The notes under the pieces: model-generated
Seen by the model: only the letters and a program-made list of their open reading frames with translations
Told to the model about the DNA's origin: nothing
The model's database searches: none
Shown here: positions 9,274 to 19,407 of the stretch, piece after piece
Layout: each line of letters opens with the position of its first letter
How positions within the stretch are numbered: position 1 is the first letter of the stretch
Program-made: the position numbers and the translations under genes
Virus record (IMG/VR): IMGVR_UViG_3300030329_001630
Span: 7,592-71,591 of that record
DNA from: a virus
Reading direction: 5' to 3' (one strand)
Length of the DNA stretch: 64,000 nt

Positions 9274-10529
9274 TCTGGGGTATCCTTTCTAAACCCTTTA
9301 AAGCGTGCTTTCGGGGTTTTTCTTTTACTTCCGCTTAATTTTCGTTTATTTTTGTGAAACACTTCTGTCATGTCTGACACTGATTTTCTTAATTTTTTTT
9401 GCTGTTCTTCTGCTGCCGCTACCTGATCGGCCATTAGTGTTTTAGTTTCATCTACACTTCTTGCTGTCATTTCCGATTGTAACAGACTACTTCCAACAGA
9501 ATTAAAAGCAGCATCATAAAGATTACCGTAAGTTCCTCCAGCAACTGTAGCAAAAGAATGGAATAAATTATTAGCTAATGCTCGGGCATCGTCACTACCC
9601 TCTTGAAAGAACTGATGTGTTTCACCACTTCCACCAAAAAACTCATTTAAAGCGGTCATTCGATAGCTATAAGGGTTTTGCCACCTAAACCACTCCGTAG
9701 CTTCTGCTTCTCCCATCCAAGTAGAATTTCCGTCCTCATCAACGGGCAGTGGCATTCTATACGTAGTATTTCCAAAGAAATCTTGACCAGTTTCTAATTG
9801 AGAAAGTTGATTATCTAAAATCCAATCATCTTGAACAACTAAATTATCGTATATAGCTTGCTGCTCTCCGATTCTTCGAGTGATGTAATCATAAGCTCCT
9901 TGATAAGCATTTGTATTTTTTAGTCCGATTCTATCAGAAGCTGATTCAAGTTGTCCAACAGCGTGCGTTACTTGTTTTCCTGTGATGGGATCCCTATAAC
10001 TGACAGTAGTGTCGCCTCCCGGTGCATCAACTGAAAGGGTAGAAATAGCTCTTTGTCTTTTTCTTTTTTCTTTAGTATAGGCTCTGGTTAAATCACCCAT
10101 AGTTCTAATAGGCTTATTTTTAGAGCTTAATAAGCCGGTAGCTTCCTCAATATTTTGAGTAATTTTAGCTAAAGTTTTATCGGACGCTTCTAAATATCCT
10201 CCATCGTCGATTTGGATTCCGCCTAACATAGAAAAAAACTGATTATTTATATCTCTAGAAGCACCTTTCATTCTCTGTGTAAAATGAAACATTGCCCTAT
10301 TAACCTGACGTACTTGAGTTTCCCAAGTATGGCCTCCAGTTCCGTGCCACCCAGAACCGGCTCCCCATTGAGGGAGTCCTTCCTCTGCCATTTGACCGCC
10401 GCCTGTTCCAGCGTACATAGAACCCAAAAACCTATTTAGTGTATCATCAAAACCATATTGAGCGCGACCGTAGTCAACCATATCGCCCATCTCTTCTACA
10501 TCACCTACAGCATCAAATCCAGCACCCAT
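9270..10529 (-). CDS. Hypothetical protein, probably virion-associated
   Basis: 419-aa ORF with AGGAG RBS, Gly-rich N-terminus and basic C-terminus. Overlaps the next gene by 4 nt. Confidence 0.65.
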   Translation of the reverse strand: MGAGFDAVGDVEEMGDMVDYGRAQYGFDDTLNRFLGSMYAGTGGGQMAEEGLPQWGAGSGWHGTGGHTWETQVRQVNRAMFHFTQRMKGASRDINNQFFSMLGGIQIDDGGYLEASDKTLAKITQNIEEATGLLSSKNKPIRTMGDLTRAYTKEKRKRQRAISTLSVDAPGGDTTVSYRDPITGKQVTHAVGQLESASDRIGLKNTNAYQGAYDYITRRIGEQQAIYDNLVVQDDWILDNQLSQLETGQDFFGNTTYRMPLPVDEDGNSTWMGEAEATEWFRWQNPYSYRMTALNEFFGGSGETHQFFQEGSDDARALANNLFHSFATVAGGTYGNLYDAAFNSVGSSLLQSEMTARSVDETKTLMADQVAAAEEQQKKLRKSVSDMTEVFHKNKRKLSGSKRKTPKARFKGFRKDTPE

Positions 10530-10715
10530 TTATTCTCTCCTATTTTGTTTTTCGGAAATTCCTTTAAGCTTTAGAATCAGTTCCCTCGCTCCCGCTCGGT
10601 GAGCTACCTTTAGATTCAGACTTGGGTCTTCCGCGTCCTCTAAGTTTAGGTCCAGCAATGGAAACAGTTTCTCCAGATTTTCCACTAGCTTCGGATCTAC
10701 ATAAGGAAATTTCAT
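10530..10715 (-). CDS. Small conserved T7-like phage protein (gp6.5-like position)
   Basis: MKFPYVDPKLVENLEKLFP...HRAGARELILKLK, with a GAGG RBS. Resembles small proteins found upstream of virion genes in marine podoviruses. Confidence 0.6.
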   Translation of the reverse strand: MKFPYVDPKLVENLEKLFPLLDLNLEDAEDPSLNLKVAHRAGARELILKLKGISEKQNRRE

Positions 10716-10836
10716 TTTCTAAGTCCTCTACTTTTTTAATTAAATGAATGAAAAGCATTCGTGCTTCTCCAGCAGAAAGAGCTACACCGCTTCCACTTAA
10801 CCGAAGCCTTCTAATTACCTGTTCAATATTATGCAT
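10564..10836 (-). CDS. Hypothetical protein with an AT-hook-like RGRGRPK motif; overlaps the next gene
   Basis: Probable start MHNIEQ at 10836 with AGGAGA RBS at 10841-10846. Confidence 0.55.
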   Translation of the reverse strand: MHNIEQVIRRLRLSGSGVALSAGEARMLFIHLIKKVEDLENEISLCRSEASGKSGETVSIAGPKLRGRGRPKSESKGSSPSGSEGTDSKA

Positions 10837-10844
10837 TCGTTCTC

Positions 10845-12800
10845 CTAATCTGTTAAATCTACAAGTTCGCAAGATCCTCCAGTGCAAGCAAGTGTTTGGC
10901 TTGACTTTGTAGTATCTTCTAATTCATAAAGCGAGAGTTTATTCCATTTAATCAACGGCATCTTATCGCACTTTACCAAGAAGCTTACTTCGTCTACTGG
11001 CTCGAAGGGAGCTTGCTTGTAAACATGTTCGGTTTTTGGGAGGAAAGAGATTCCTTGGATATCATCGAAGTTACGATAGACCCAATCACCAATCTCCATG
11101 TATTCGTCATCTGTATACTCAATCGTAACTGAAGGGTTGTGATCAGTCCAATATTTCTTGTATACCATCCAGAGTTCGAGGTGACGCATTGCCGAGACCT
11201 CATTACGAGTTAAGGCTCCGTTAGGCGCACCGATGGGGAACTCAAAGATGATAGTGGAATCCGGGTTGTTAGCGCACCGTTCGTGCGGCACGTTCTGATC
11301 AAGCATTAGGGTAGTCAGGGGGTCTTTGATATCCATTCTAACTCTTCTGATGTAGTGCTTGGCATACCTTGGGTGGATACCCGAGGCCGAGTCCACAAGG
11401 CACGACACCGTACCTGAGGGCTTGACCGTGGTAATTGCAGCACTTGGGTTAATACCGATTCGGTTGGCCCAATCAGCATTGACCTCATGTGTCAAATCTC
11501 GCCATCTCTTTAATCGCCCCCTAAGCTGACCCATTGAAATTTTTCCATAAGTAATAGGGTTATCCCAGATTCCGGTAAGTGAAACTCCAAGAAGTCTTTC
11601 TTCTTCGCTATTCTTTTTCCATTCTTCTGAAAGGAAAGGGAAGTGCGTCAAGGATGACTGGAGTGTCCCAAGGATTGTTGCTTGTTCGATTTTGTTTTCG
11701 ATATCGATGCTACAGTCTTCTGGTCTAATAACAACTTCAGTAAGATTACAAAACTGTTTGCTTCGGAGAGTAATCTCCCCACACGGATTAGTACCAAACT
11801 TGTAGTTATTATCTCTCTGCGTGTTTTCCATGCACTTCTGAGTCCCGTATCGATTAAAGATACCCCGCTCACCGGAGCGTGACTCGTACAGATGTGCCCA
11901 CTCCTGAAGGAACTCAGATACTGAGGGCTTGGAATTATAAATAGCAGAGTTGTTAGCAAGAGAACGTTGGCTTTCCTGCTCCCACCAGTTACCTGACTTG
12001 CACTTAGCCATGTCGTAGTCCTTCAAATCTGACAGTGAGATCATAGCAGATCTACGCACCCCTCCAACAACAATAGCATTACCAATAGAACAAGCAATGT
12101 CATGAATGTCTACGGGCTTAAGCTTTTTGCCTCTCTTGTTATAAAACATATTAGTAATAAATCTGAACACATCTTCAAGAGGTCCGGGTCCAGAAGCTCG
12201 TCCACCGAATGTCTTAAGCCTAGCCCCAGATGGACGTACTTTAGAAACATCCCATGTGGGATGACACCCTTCGTACAAATGCATCATAAGCTCGTAGATA
12301 GCAATAGACCATCCTTCTTTGGAGTCTTCTACTTCAACGATCTCATCAATTCTTTCAATAGATTCGGGAACTGTAGGCCACTGATCGATTACACTTTCTT
12401 CGACAGAAAATCCTACTCCGGTGCCATTCATCAGAATGTAACAAAGTTCCTGCATAGCCTTAGGACTATCCAATGCAATATAAGAACAATTATAAGTACA
12501 CGTATTGTCCCTATCAGCAGCAGGGCCAGCAGTCATCATAGCTCTCATGCTAGGCATAATATTTTTATTTAAAATGGCTTCCCTAATGTCCCCTCTAGTT
12601 TTTAGAATAGGGAACTTTCCACACATCCAGTTCCAGTAGCGGTCAACCGTTTCAGTCCACGTTTCCCGCCTTGAGAGGTCATTACGCCACTTTGCGTAGC
12701 GGGACTGATGAATAAAGTCACCGAAAAAATTCATAGTTCGTATCCCTTCGTAGCTAATATCTGGGTTTTTTAAACCATCCAGCTTGTTTGCCAAAGACAT
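10845..12800 (-). CDS. nrdJ: Class II (adenosylcobalamin-dependent) ribonucleotide reductase
   Basis: RRETW.ETVDRY, MPSMRAMMTAG, YNCSY, GGVRRSA.ISLS, TNPCGEI, TTVKPSGTVS and C-terminal CTGGSCEL. No small subunit gene is present. Confidence 0.93.
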   Translation of the reverse strand: MSLANKLDGLKNPDISYEGIRTMNFFGDFIHQSRYAKWRNDLSRRETWTETVDRYWNWMCGKFPILKTRGDIREAILNKNIMPSMRAMMTAGPAADRDNTCTYNCSYIALDSPKAMQELCYILMNGTGVGFSVEESVIDQWPTVPESIERIDEIVEVEDSKEGWSIAIYELMMHLYEGCHPTWDVSKVRPSGARLKTFGGRASGPGPLEDVFRFITNMFYNKRGKKLKPVDIHDIACSIGNAIVVGGVRRSAMISLSDLKDYDMAKCKSGNWWEQESQRSLANNSAIYNSKPSVSEFLQEWAHLYESRSGERGIFNRYGTQKCMENTQRDNNYKFGTNPCGEITLRSKQFCNLTEVVIRPEDCSIDIENKIEQATILGTLQSSLTHFPFLSEEWKKNSEEERLLGVSLTGIWDNPITYGKISMGQLRGRLKRWRDLTHEVNADWANRIGINPSAAITTVKPSGTVSCLVDSASGIHPRYAKHYIRRVRMDIKDPLTTLMLDQNVPHERCANNPDSTIIFEFPIGAPNGALTRNEVSAMRHLELWMVYKKYWTDHNPSVTIEYTDDEYMEIGDWVYRNFDDIQGISFLPKTEHVYKQAPFEPVDEVSFLVKCDKMPLIKWNKLSLYELEDTTKSSQTLACTGGSCELVDLTD

Positions 12801-13462
12801 GGTTCTTCTTTATCTCTTAAAATTCTAACTGAGGTCGCTTGACTCAGGGCATATTCTTCTGTCAAGCCCCTTTTTTCATACTCTGCCATTACAATAGCCT
12901 CCCAATTGGCGGGGCTATTTTGTTCCAAAAGTCTATCTGCTTTTACTGGACCCACCTTAGGAATGCCCGGTATCTTATCTGTACTATCTCCCATAAGCCA
13001 TTGCTTGTAAAAGAACCGATCTGCTTGCTCAACCGTAACATAGCGAGGCTCCCATTCCTTATCAGGATTCCAGTGCCAGCCGGGAGTACATCTTAAATCT
13101 TTGTCGATAGTCACAGCGATAGCTCTTTCGCCAGAAGCTTCTTTACCCATTAGATCGTCCGCTTCTAAGTGAGGAGTATAAGCAATCTTATACAATGCTT
13201 TCATTGAGTCGATAACATCAATCATCGAGTCGGGTTTGGATACACTACTTCGGTGTTCCTTGTAGGCAGGCCAATATTTTCTGCGGTAATTATCTTCTCG
13301 ACTACAGCTAAAAGCCAGTACAGCTTCATTACATTCATAAGGAGTCCAACTAGCTACGTATTCTCTAATGTTCTGAAGAAGATACTCATCGCCGTACACA
13401 TCTACTTTACACGCTAATTTATAAGCAATGATATCCCCATCAAGGATCGCTATCGTCGGCAT
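12770..13462 (-). CDS. 5'-3' exonuclease (T7 gp6-like)
   Basis: ILDGDIIAY, YK..R, LEADDLMG, IDKDL..PG.H and GDSTDKIPGIPKVGPVKA motifs. Confidence 0.92.
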   Translation of the reverse strand: MPTIAILDGDIIAYKLACKVDVYGDEYLLQNIREYVASWTPYECNEAVLAFSCSREDNYRRKYWPAYKEHRSSVSKPDSMIDVIDSMKALYKIAYTPHLEADDLMGKEASGERAIAVTIDKDLRCTPGWHWNPDKEWEPRYVTVEQADRFFYKQWLMGDSTDKIPGIPKVGPVKADRLLEQNSPANWEAIVMAEYEKRGLTEEYALSQATSVRILRDKEEPCLWQTSWMV

Positions 13463-14177
13463 CTGCATCAAAAATCTCCGAAGGGTCGATATTTTCTTCT
13501 AACAAGATCTGTTTAATTTCCTTAAATACAGCGTCCATATCGGGATCCCTGTTTTCTCTTCTTGACTTACATAACTCACAAGTACACGGAACTTCTTCAA
13601 GCCAATCTTCGTAGGCAAATACTAAATTCTCTTCTAGTTCTTCGAGGCTTCGGTTGTTCCAGAACAAATGACAAAACGGAGTCAAAGCGTTAGGTCGATG
13701 CTTAATAGTTTTTTCAATAAGGTTTGCAAGTGCTTCGGACTCATGTTTTCTCCAAGCTCCATCCTCATCAAAAAGAGTTCGGTCTCCTGCCGCAACAAAT
13801 ATTGTCTTGCCTCCTCTATGTTTAATTGCCTCTGTTTCATTAACGTATCTGCAATCGTCAATGAGAATAACCGTTTCTGATTCTCGTTCTCCAGACGTTT
13901 CTTTAAGCAAGTGTTTTTCATATTGCTCTGTCCACCTCTCTACCCAGTAGTCTTGATTTTGTTCACGCATCTTTGCGCCCCAATTTTGGCAGTATTTTCT
14001 ATACCCTTCCGGATCTTCAGCTTTACCGTATCCAGCCTTATCGGCTTCTTCTTTAAGGGCAGCGGCAAATGGCAAATAGACGGGCGTGTAACCATCTTCA
14101 TACAGATGACGCATCAGTTCCCTTACTATCGTTGTCTTTCCTGTACCGGCCCTCCCAGAGAACGAAATTATTTTCAT
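13440..14177 (-). CDS. Deoxynucleoside monophosphate kinase-like P-loop kinase
   Basis: SGRAGTGKTT Walker A, FAAALKE, R...QNWG..MR...DYWV, IDDCRY.NE and HESE motifs. Confidence 0.82.
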   Translation of the reverse strand: MKIISFSGRAGTGKTTIVRELMRHLYEDGYTPVYLPFAAALKEEADKAGYGKAEDPEGYRKYCQNWGAKMREQNQDYWVERWTEQYEKHLLKETSGERESETVILIDDCRYVNETEAIKHRGGKTIFVAAGDRTLFDEDGAWRKHESEALANLIEKTIKHRPNALTPFCHLFWNNRSLEELEENLVFAYEDWLEEVPCTCELCKSRRENRDPDMDAVFKEIKQILLEENIDPSEIFDADADDSDP

Positions 14178-14640
14178 ATAGCCATCTCCTAATTTTGTTT
14201 AAACTATCTCCACCGTAAGATGGGATCGGGATTCCGTTTTTATTTAACACATCACACACTAGATCAGCGCAAGTCTTTGGTCTTTTTACGCCTAAATAAT
14301 TAAGCCACTTGAAATGTTTTACAACACCCCACTTAGCTAAGACAAAGAAACTATAGTTACCATCGTATCTAGGAAGATCTTGCTCTACTTTTTCTAGAGA
14401 AGATTCTACATCTCCTAAGTACATAAACAAATCAAATTTTTTTATTTTATGCACTGCTTTATTTGTAGTAAGGTAAGGATATTTCTTATTAACACCAAAC
14501 CAATAATGACACGGCCCGACTGATATACCTGCGTGCGTATGCGTCATTCGTGGGGCTAAGACTTTAAATGCAATTCTAGCCCACAAAGGTTCTTTCTTTG
14601 AAGTCTTGTAAAAGAAAACCACTAATGGGTATCTGCCCAT
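14098..14640 (-). CDS. Permuted papain-like (NlpC/P60, YiiX/YaeF-type) amidase or peptidase
   Basis: His-before-Cys order: HTHAGI ... Y ... KTCADLVCDVL..GI. Confidence 0.55.
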   Translation of the reverse strand: MGRYPLVVFFYKTSKKEPLWARIAFKVLAPRMTHTHAGISVGPCHYWFGVNKKYPYLTTNKAVHKIKKFDLFMYLGDVESSLEKVEQDLPRYDGNYSFFVLAKWGVVKHFKWLNYLGVKRPKTCADLVCDVLNKNGIPIPSYGGDSLNKIRRWLYENNFVLWEGRYRKDNDSKGTDASSV

Positions 14641-16334
14641 GATTCTCCAATCACATACTCTGCGTCCACCGGCATTCTAATACCAAGTTTTCTTCCTGCT
14701 TCTTGGGCGCAGCGTACCAGTTCCTTGCCAGTTTCTTCGGCAATCTCTGGAGGACAAGACGTTTGGATCTCGTCATGGATCCAACCCATCATCTTTACCC
14801 CCTTGGGGGAAAGGGACCGATGGGCCAAAACGATCCAGAGTTTAGAAACAACTGCGCCATTTCCCTGTAGTAGAGTGTTAAGAGCTGCGTGATCACTCCG
14901 TACAGGAACACGGCGACCATCCAAGAGAACAACACTACCATACTTAGCCGATTGGAATTGGACATTCTGAATTACTTTCTTAAGTGCAGGCAATCGCCTT
15001 AGGAATTTATCTTTAAGTTGTTGACCATCACGGGCATTACCGCCAACGATCTGACCAATCTTTTCTGATCCGGCACCATAAAGGAAACCGTAAATAAATG
15101 TCTTTGCTTGATCTCTGTTGGTCAAGCCTGCTGCTTCCATGTTGGTAGTATGAATATCACCTTCAAGGATTTCCTTGGCATAAGCACCGCCGTCAAACTC
15201 GGCCATCTGATGAGCCAACATACGTAGCTCAAGGCCACTTAGGTCAGAGCCAACTTGGACATGACCGTCGTGAGGCTTCCAAAGCCTGCGTGACTTAGGG
15301 TTCTTATCTACTTGTGCAATGTTTGGTTGTGAGTGCGTAGCGCGACCAGTTGCAGCACCTTGGTGATTGAACTGCCCATGAATCGTACCAGTACCAGACA
15401 CACAAGCCCGCAACATCCAATCGTCCACCATACCTAGCAGCTTCTGGGCATCACGGTACTCAAGGATAGAACGGGCTTCAGGAAACTTCAATGATTTCAA
15501 TACCTTTGTATCACAGTTGGGATTCCCCTTCTCACTGACAGGGGCTTTCCAACTGTACTTCACTTTAAACCGCTCGGCAATCTGCTTGGTACTAGCAGGA
15601 TTAAAGATAGTAACCTTATCTTTCAATCGCTTACCAGTCTTTTCTGACCAACGTTCTTCAACAATCGCAGGAAACGTAGCCTGAAGATTATCTTCGATGT
15701 CAGCTTTAACTCCTTGTAGTTCTCTCTGTAGTTCACTTGCTCCATTGCAATCAAACTTAAACCCATTCTTTGTCATATCGGCACACACGTGTCCGACAAG
15801 ATGCTCGAATTGAACTACTTTTTTATTGTCTTGTACCCAAGATTTTTGATAGTCGTAAATCTTTTCGTTTACAATTACATCTTGAATACAGTACTCCATC
15901 ATTTCATCAGAGTATTCTTCCCATCCGCCATCGTAGTCTTGTTTGTCTTCTCCGAGTTTCCTGCCCCATGCCTCCAAGGAGTGGCTATGTCGCCCTTTCT
16001 TGTCGTGTAGAGGGAACTTGACATCCTGTTTATCAGGATACATCAATCTAGAAACAATGAGAGTATCAAGTACAGGGCAGCTACGAACAAGACCACATCG
16101 AGCAAGAACGGGGATGTCGTACCCGATAAGATTATGACCGATCCAAAGAGAAGCCCGATTAAGAAACGCAATACCTGATTGGATTTCGTCGGGATTGAAC
16201 GTGTAGACTCTATCTGAGCCTGCTTCTTTTGCCACGATGCACCAAACATGCTCGGCTCGTTGAATGGGTTCCCCTCGTTTATTGATTGACGGATACGCGA
16301 GGCCGTTTGCCTCGATGTCCCAGATGATTTCCAT
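14622..16334 (-). CDS. DNA polymerase, family A (T7 gp5-like)
   Basis: Exo I motif WDIEANGL, GHNLIGYDIP, TGRATHSQPNIAQV, DLSGLELRMLAH, RDQAKTFIYGFLYGAG (Tyr at the 762-equivalent position) and WIHDEIQ. Confidence 0.96.
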   Translation of the reverse strand: MEIIWDIEANGLAYPSINKRGEPIQRAEHVWCIVAKEAGSDRVYTFNPDEIQSGIAFLNRASLWIGHNLIGYDIPVLARCGLVRSCPVLDTLIVSRLMYPDKQDVKFPLHDKKGRHSHSLEAWGRKLGEDKQDYDGGWEEYSDEMMEYCIQDVIVNEKIYDYQKSWVQDNKKVVQFEHLVGHVCADMTKNGFKFDCNGASELQRELQGVKADIEDNLQATFPAIVEERWSEKTGKRLKDKVTIFNPASTKQIAERFKVKYSWKAPVSEKGNPNCDTKVLKSLKFPEARSILEYRDAQKLLGMVDDWMLRACVSGTGTIHGQFNHQGAATGRATHSQPNIAQVDKNPKSRRLWKPHDGHVQVGSDLSGLELRMLAHQMAEFDGGAYAKEILEGDIHTTNMEAAGLTNRDQAKTFIYGFLYGAGSEKIGQIVGGNARDGQQLKDKFLRRLPALKKVIQNVQFQSAKYGSVVLLDGRRVPVRSDHAALNTLLQGNGAVVSKLWIVLAHRSLSPKGVKMMGWIHDEIQTSCPPEIAEETGKELVRCAQEAGRKLGIRMPVDAEYVIGESWADTH

Positions 16335-16339
16335 GTCAT

Positions 16340-18100
16340 TTAATCCTCATTAATGGACTTGCCTTCCCCAAAGGGGTTGGCTTCAAACATAACTTCACCA
16401 TCATCTCCAAATGCAAAGTCCTTTTCTGTAAGCCTTGAAGTAGTGCGGTCGTAGAACAGTGCAGATGCAATGCCGCAACGACCAGTAAGTCTGTTTTTAA
16501 GCACACGAACAATAGTAGTGTTACTGACAACAGGATCGGGGTCTTGTCGATTGCGTTCGAGTGCAACAACCGTGTTGGGTACAGACGCGAGAGCGCCTGA
16601 ACCACGCAGATCCTGCAAGGTAATACGATTACCTTCCTCGTAAGCTTTGTCTGTCTTCTTAAGCTGAGAAACAATATCAATATGAACACCAGTGCGAACA
16701 CACAATGCACGAAGTTCTTTCATAATACTGTCAATGATAATTCTTTCTGAGCTACCACCTTCAACATCCTTGTTGGCAAGACCCATCAGTCCTGCGGCTG
16801 CGGCAGTAATGTGGTCCAGAACAATAACCTCGACCCCGAGAGAGATTGCCATGAATTCCATTCGTGCGAGAAGGTTTGCCATACCATTGTTTCCCAAATG
16901 ATCGTAAACGTAGAAGCTTGTGGCGGAAAGTCTCTTTCGAGCATCCGCATATTCTTCATCGGTAAGATCATCTACAATCTCGATATCAATAGGATCTTTA
17001 CCCATCTTATTTCTCAGTTCATTCATCATTCGTGATGCTCGAATAGCACGAACAGGTTTGTTCAACATCAATGAAACCATATCATCAATAGTTTCTTTGG
17101 GAGATTCTTCAAGCATGATAGCACCAACAGAACGTCCTTCGCTCAGGTGGTGGTGCATAATCTCACGAAGGATCGTAGACTTACCTGAACCAGTGCCCGA
17201 GCAGTGCAGAGTGATTTCGCCTGAGCGTTGTCCAAGACAAAACTCTGACATCTTATCCCACGGGAATGCCCACACTTTAGCGTCAACAAGATCGTTTGAT
17301 GAATCTTCAACATCACTGACATGAAGGATTTCATCTGGGCTATACGCTTGAGCTTCCCATACAGCGTTCACCACAGCCTTGGAGTTGCCCTTAACGTAGC
17401 AGTCACTGGCATCCTTGTATGGAAGCTTGGCAATCTTAGCGCGGCCCGGAGGAAGGATCTCAGCCACCTTACGAGCAGCCTCTTGACCGGCATCATCCAT
17501 GTCAAACATCAGAACGATTTCTTCATAGCTATTAACAAATTCAAGGTTACCCTTGATGTACTTCAGCGCAGATGAAGCCCCATTCGGTACAGACACAACA
17601 GGCCACGTACCCAGAAGCTGGCTGACAGTCAAGCAGTCCAGTTCACCTTCAGTAATCACCAGTCTTTTACCGCCATTACTCTTAAAGAGATTCTGGCCGA
17701 ACAGTTCGCAGTTACTTGGTGAACCGGACCACTTAAACTGCTTGTCAGGTCCGCGCAGATGTTGCGCCACAAGTTCTCCATTACGATAGTAAGGAGCGAT
17801 GTGCATCTCCTTGCCGTTGACATTAGCCACCTGATAGCCGTACTTTCGGCAGGTCTTGTGATCAATCTTACGATCAGAGATATCTACACAAGAACCAGTG
17901 TACTTCTTGAAATCAATAATGGTGGGTTCCATCGCAATTTTCTCCTTGCTGTTGCTTGAGGGAACATAGTATTCACAACGAAAACAATACTTGTGGTCAT
18001 CTGAATAAACAACCAGATTATCGCCAGAGCGGTCGAACCCCTGTTCGGCACACTTAGGACACTGCTCTCTATCAACGACGTAGCTATCTTCTTCAATCAT
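16340..18100 (-). CDS. DNA primase-helicase (T7 gp4-like)
   Basis: Zn finger CPKC...YCFRC, TOPRIM ITEGELDC and FDMDDAG, Walker A SGTGSGKST, LDHI, DLRGSG and KNRLTG. Likely start MIEEDS at 18100; the ORF track extends it to 18139. Confidence 0.95.
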   Translation of the reverse strand: MIEEDSYVVDREQCPKCAEQGFDRSGDNLVVYSDDHKYCFRCEYYVPSSNSKEKIAMEPTIIDFKKYTGSCVDISDRKIDHKTCRKYGYQVANVNGKEMHIAPYYRNGELVAQHLRGPDKQFKWSGSPSNCELFGQNLFKSNGGKRLVITEGELDCLTVSQLLGTWPVVSVPNGASSALKYIKGNLEFVNSYEEIVLMFDMDDAGQEAARKVAEILPPGRAKIAKLPYKDASDCYVKGNSKAVVNAVWEAQAYSPDEILHVSDVEDSSNDLVDAKVWAFPWDKMSEFCLGQRSGEITLHCSGTGSGKSTILREIMHHHLSEGRSVGAIMLEESPKETIDDMVSLMLNKPVRAIRASRMMNELRNKMGKDPIDIEIVDDLTDEEYADARKRLSATSFYVYDHLGNNGMANLLARMEFMAISLGVEVIVLDHITAAAAGLMGLANKDVEGGSSERIIIDSIMKELRALCVRTGVHIDIVSQLKKTDKAYEEGNRITLQDLRGSGALASVPNTVVALERNRQDPDPVVSNTTIVRVLKNRLTGRCGIASALFYDRTTSRLTEKDFAFGDDGEVMFEANPFGEGKSINED

Positions 18101-18238
18101 CTGAGTTAAGCTTTCTAACAATGTTTTCCATAGACTCATCAGTCATAGTGATTTCCCAATAGTAACCAGCGGGATCGCCATCAGACTCAACCTGAATGGC
18201 ATCGTCAACTAACTCAGTAAGAATCTTTTTGAATACAT
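18092..18238 (-). CDS. Small acidic hypothetical protein (48 aa)
   Basis: My translation: MYSKKILTELVDDAIQVESDGDPAGYYWEITMTDESMENIVRKLNSDD. It fills the gap between rusA and primase, overlapping both. Confidence 0.5.
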
Positions 18239-18627
18239 TAATCAATTTGGTTTACTCCAATTTTAAACCAACCGTCTTGTTCAGGACTCTCGGTCCAACA
18301 CTTCACAACATAAAGCTTTTCTACTTGCCTGTCATCCTCCCATAGTATTCCATTGAGGGAATCAAAAACAGCTTTAGTAAAGTTATCAATGTCACCTCTA
18401 GGTGAAGACAACTTAGTAGTCTTAGGTTTGCAGACATATAGCTCCAGATCAACCGATAACGGCCCTTGGAGAGGTTCAAACTCCCCAAGGACCGCCTCGG
18501 CCACATCGATCATATCTTTTCTGAATTGTTTATACGCACCAGTGAAGTACGCATGTCCATGTTTGGATACCCGAGGACGGCTGGCTGCAACTGGATTTAT
18601 ATTAAAAGTCCATTCACCAGCATTCAT
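18238..18627 (-). CDS. rusA: RusA-family Holliday junction resolvase
   Basis: PVAASRPR and DIDNFTKAVFDSLNGILWEDDRQV catalytic motif. Confidence 0.88.
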   Translation of the reverse strand: MNAGEWTFNINPVAASRPRVSKHGHAYFTGAYKQFRKDMIDVAEAVLGEFEPLQGPLSVDLELYVCKPKTTKLSSPRGDIDNFTKAVFDSLNGILWEDDRQVEKLYVVKCWTESPEQDGWFKIGVNQID

Positions 18628-18636
18628 GTAGCCTCC

Positions 18637-19164
18637 TTAATCGAATGGGATTTCATCAGTGATGACAGTAGGAGCATCAGGCTGTTCGCCGTCAGTCTCA
18701 CTCACATCACTGGCCGACACTGCGCTACCAGTTCCGAACGGGTTACTAGTTTCTCGCTGTTCTGATTCGTTCACACTCTTGAGGAGTACAGCGTTAAACT
18801 TCATTGAGAGGTAGGTCTTACCCATGACCTCAACGGGGTAGCAAACAGAATTAATGTTAACCGTATCACCAGACCAACAGAACCCCTTGGGTCGCGCTTC
18901 AACATTGTCAGCAGTATACATCTTGGGTGCATACTTTGACTTGAAGGTAATAACCTTGGAGCCATCCTTGACGGTCTTGACAAAAGGCTGGTCAACCTTC
19001 CACTCGTCAGCAAGCTTCTGGAGCTTGGCTTCGAGCTCCTCGTCATGCATCACGGTGATCTTATACTCACCTTCAGCATTGAACTTGGTGTCAGGGACGG
19101 CGACATGAGAATACTTTACAGTCAGGTCACCAGTCTTAATGGTAGCAGTAGGTCGATCAGTCAT
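18637..19164 (-). CDS. Single-stranded DNA-binding protein (T7 gp2.5-like)
   Basis: PDTKFNAEGEYKI, FKSKYAP, an acidic tail ending DEIPFD, and an AGGAG RBS before MTDRP at 19164. Confidence 0.82.
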   Translation of the reverse strand: MTDRPTATIKTGDLTVKYSHVAVPDTKFNAEGEYKITVMHDEELEAKLQKLADEWKVDQPFVKTVKDGSKVITFKSKYAPKMYTADNVEARPKGFCWSGDTVNINSVCYPVEVMGKTYLSMKFNAVLLKSVNESEQRETSNPFGTGSAVSASDVSETDGEQPDAPTVITDEIPFD

Positions 19165-19360
19165 TAGTTTCGTTCTCCTTGTTAGCGTTAGCAATGACTT
19201 CTGCGAGAGACTTAATCTGATTATTGAGGTTACTACTAAGCATAGTAATTCCCCCATAGAGTTCTTCCAGATAGGTAAGAACTACCTGTGCCTGTACACC
19301 AATCGGCTGCTCAGGCATCTCTTCTTGAATGGTTTCTTCAACAACGGTTTCTTCACTCAT
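19157..19360 (-). CDS. Hypothetical acidic/coiled-coil protein
   Basis: ORF MSEETVVEE... with an AAGGA RBS. Confidence 0.55.
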   Translation of the reverse strand: MSEETVVEETIQEEMPEQPIGVQAQVVLTYLEELYGGITMLSSNLNNQIKSLAEVIANANKENETND

Positions 19361-19407
19361 AGTTATCCTTTCCGGCACAGTAAGTGCCTATTGTAATAGC
19401 ATGGGTT

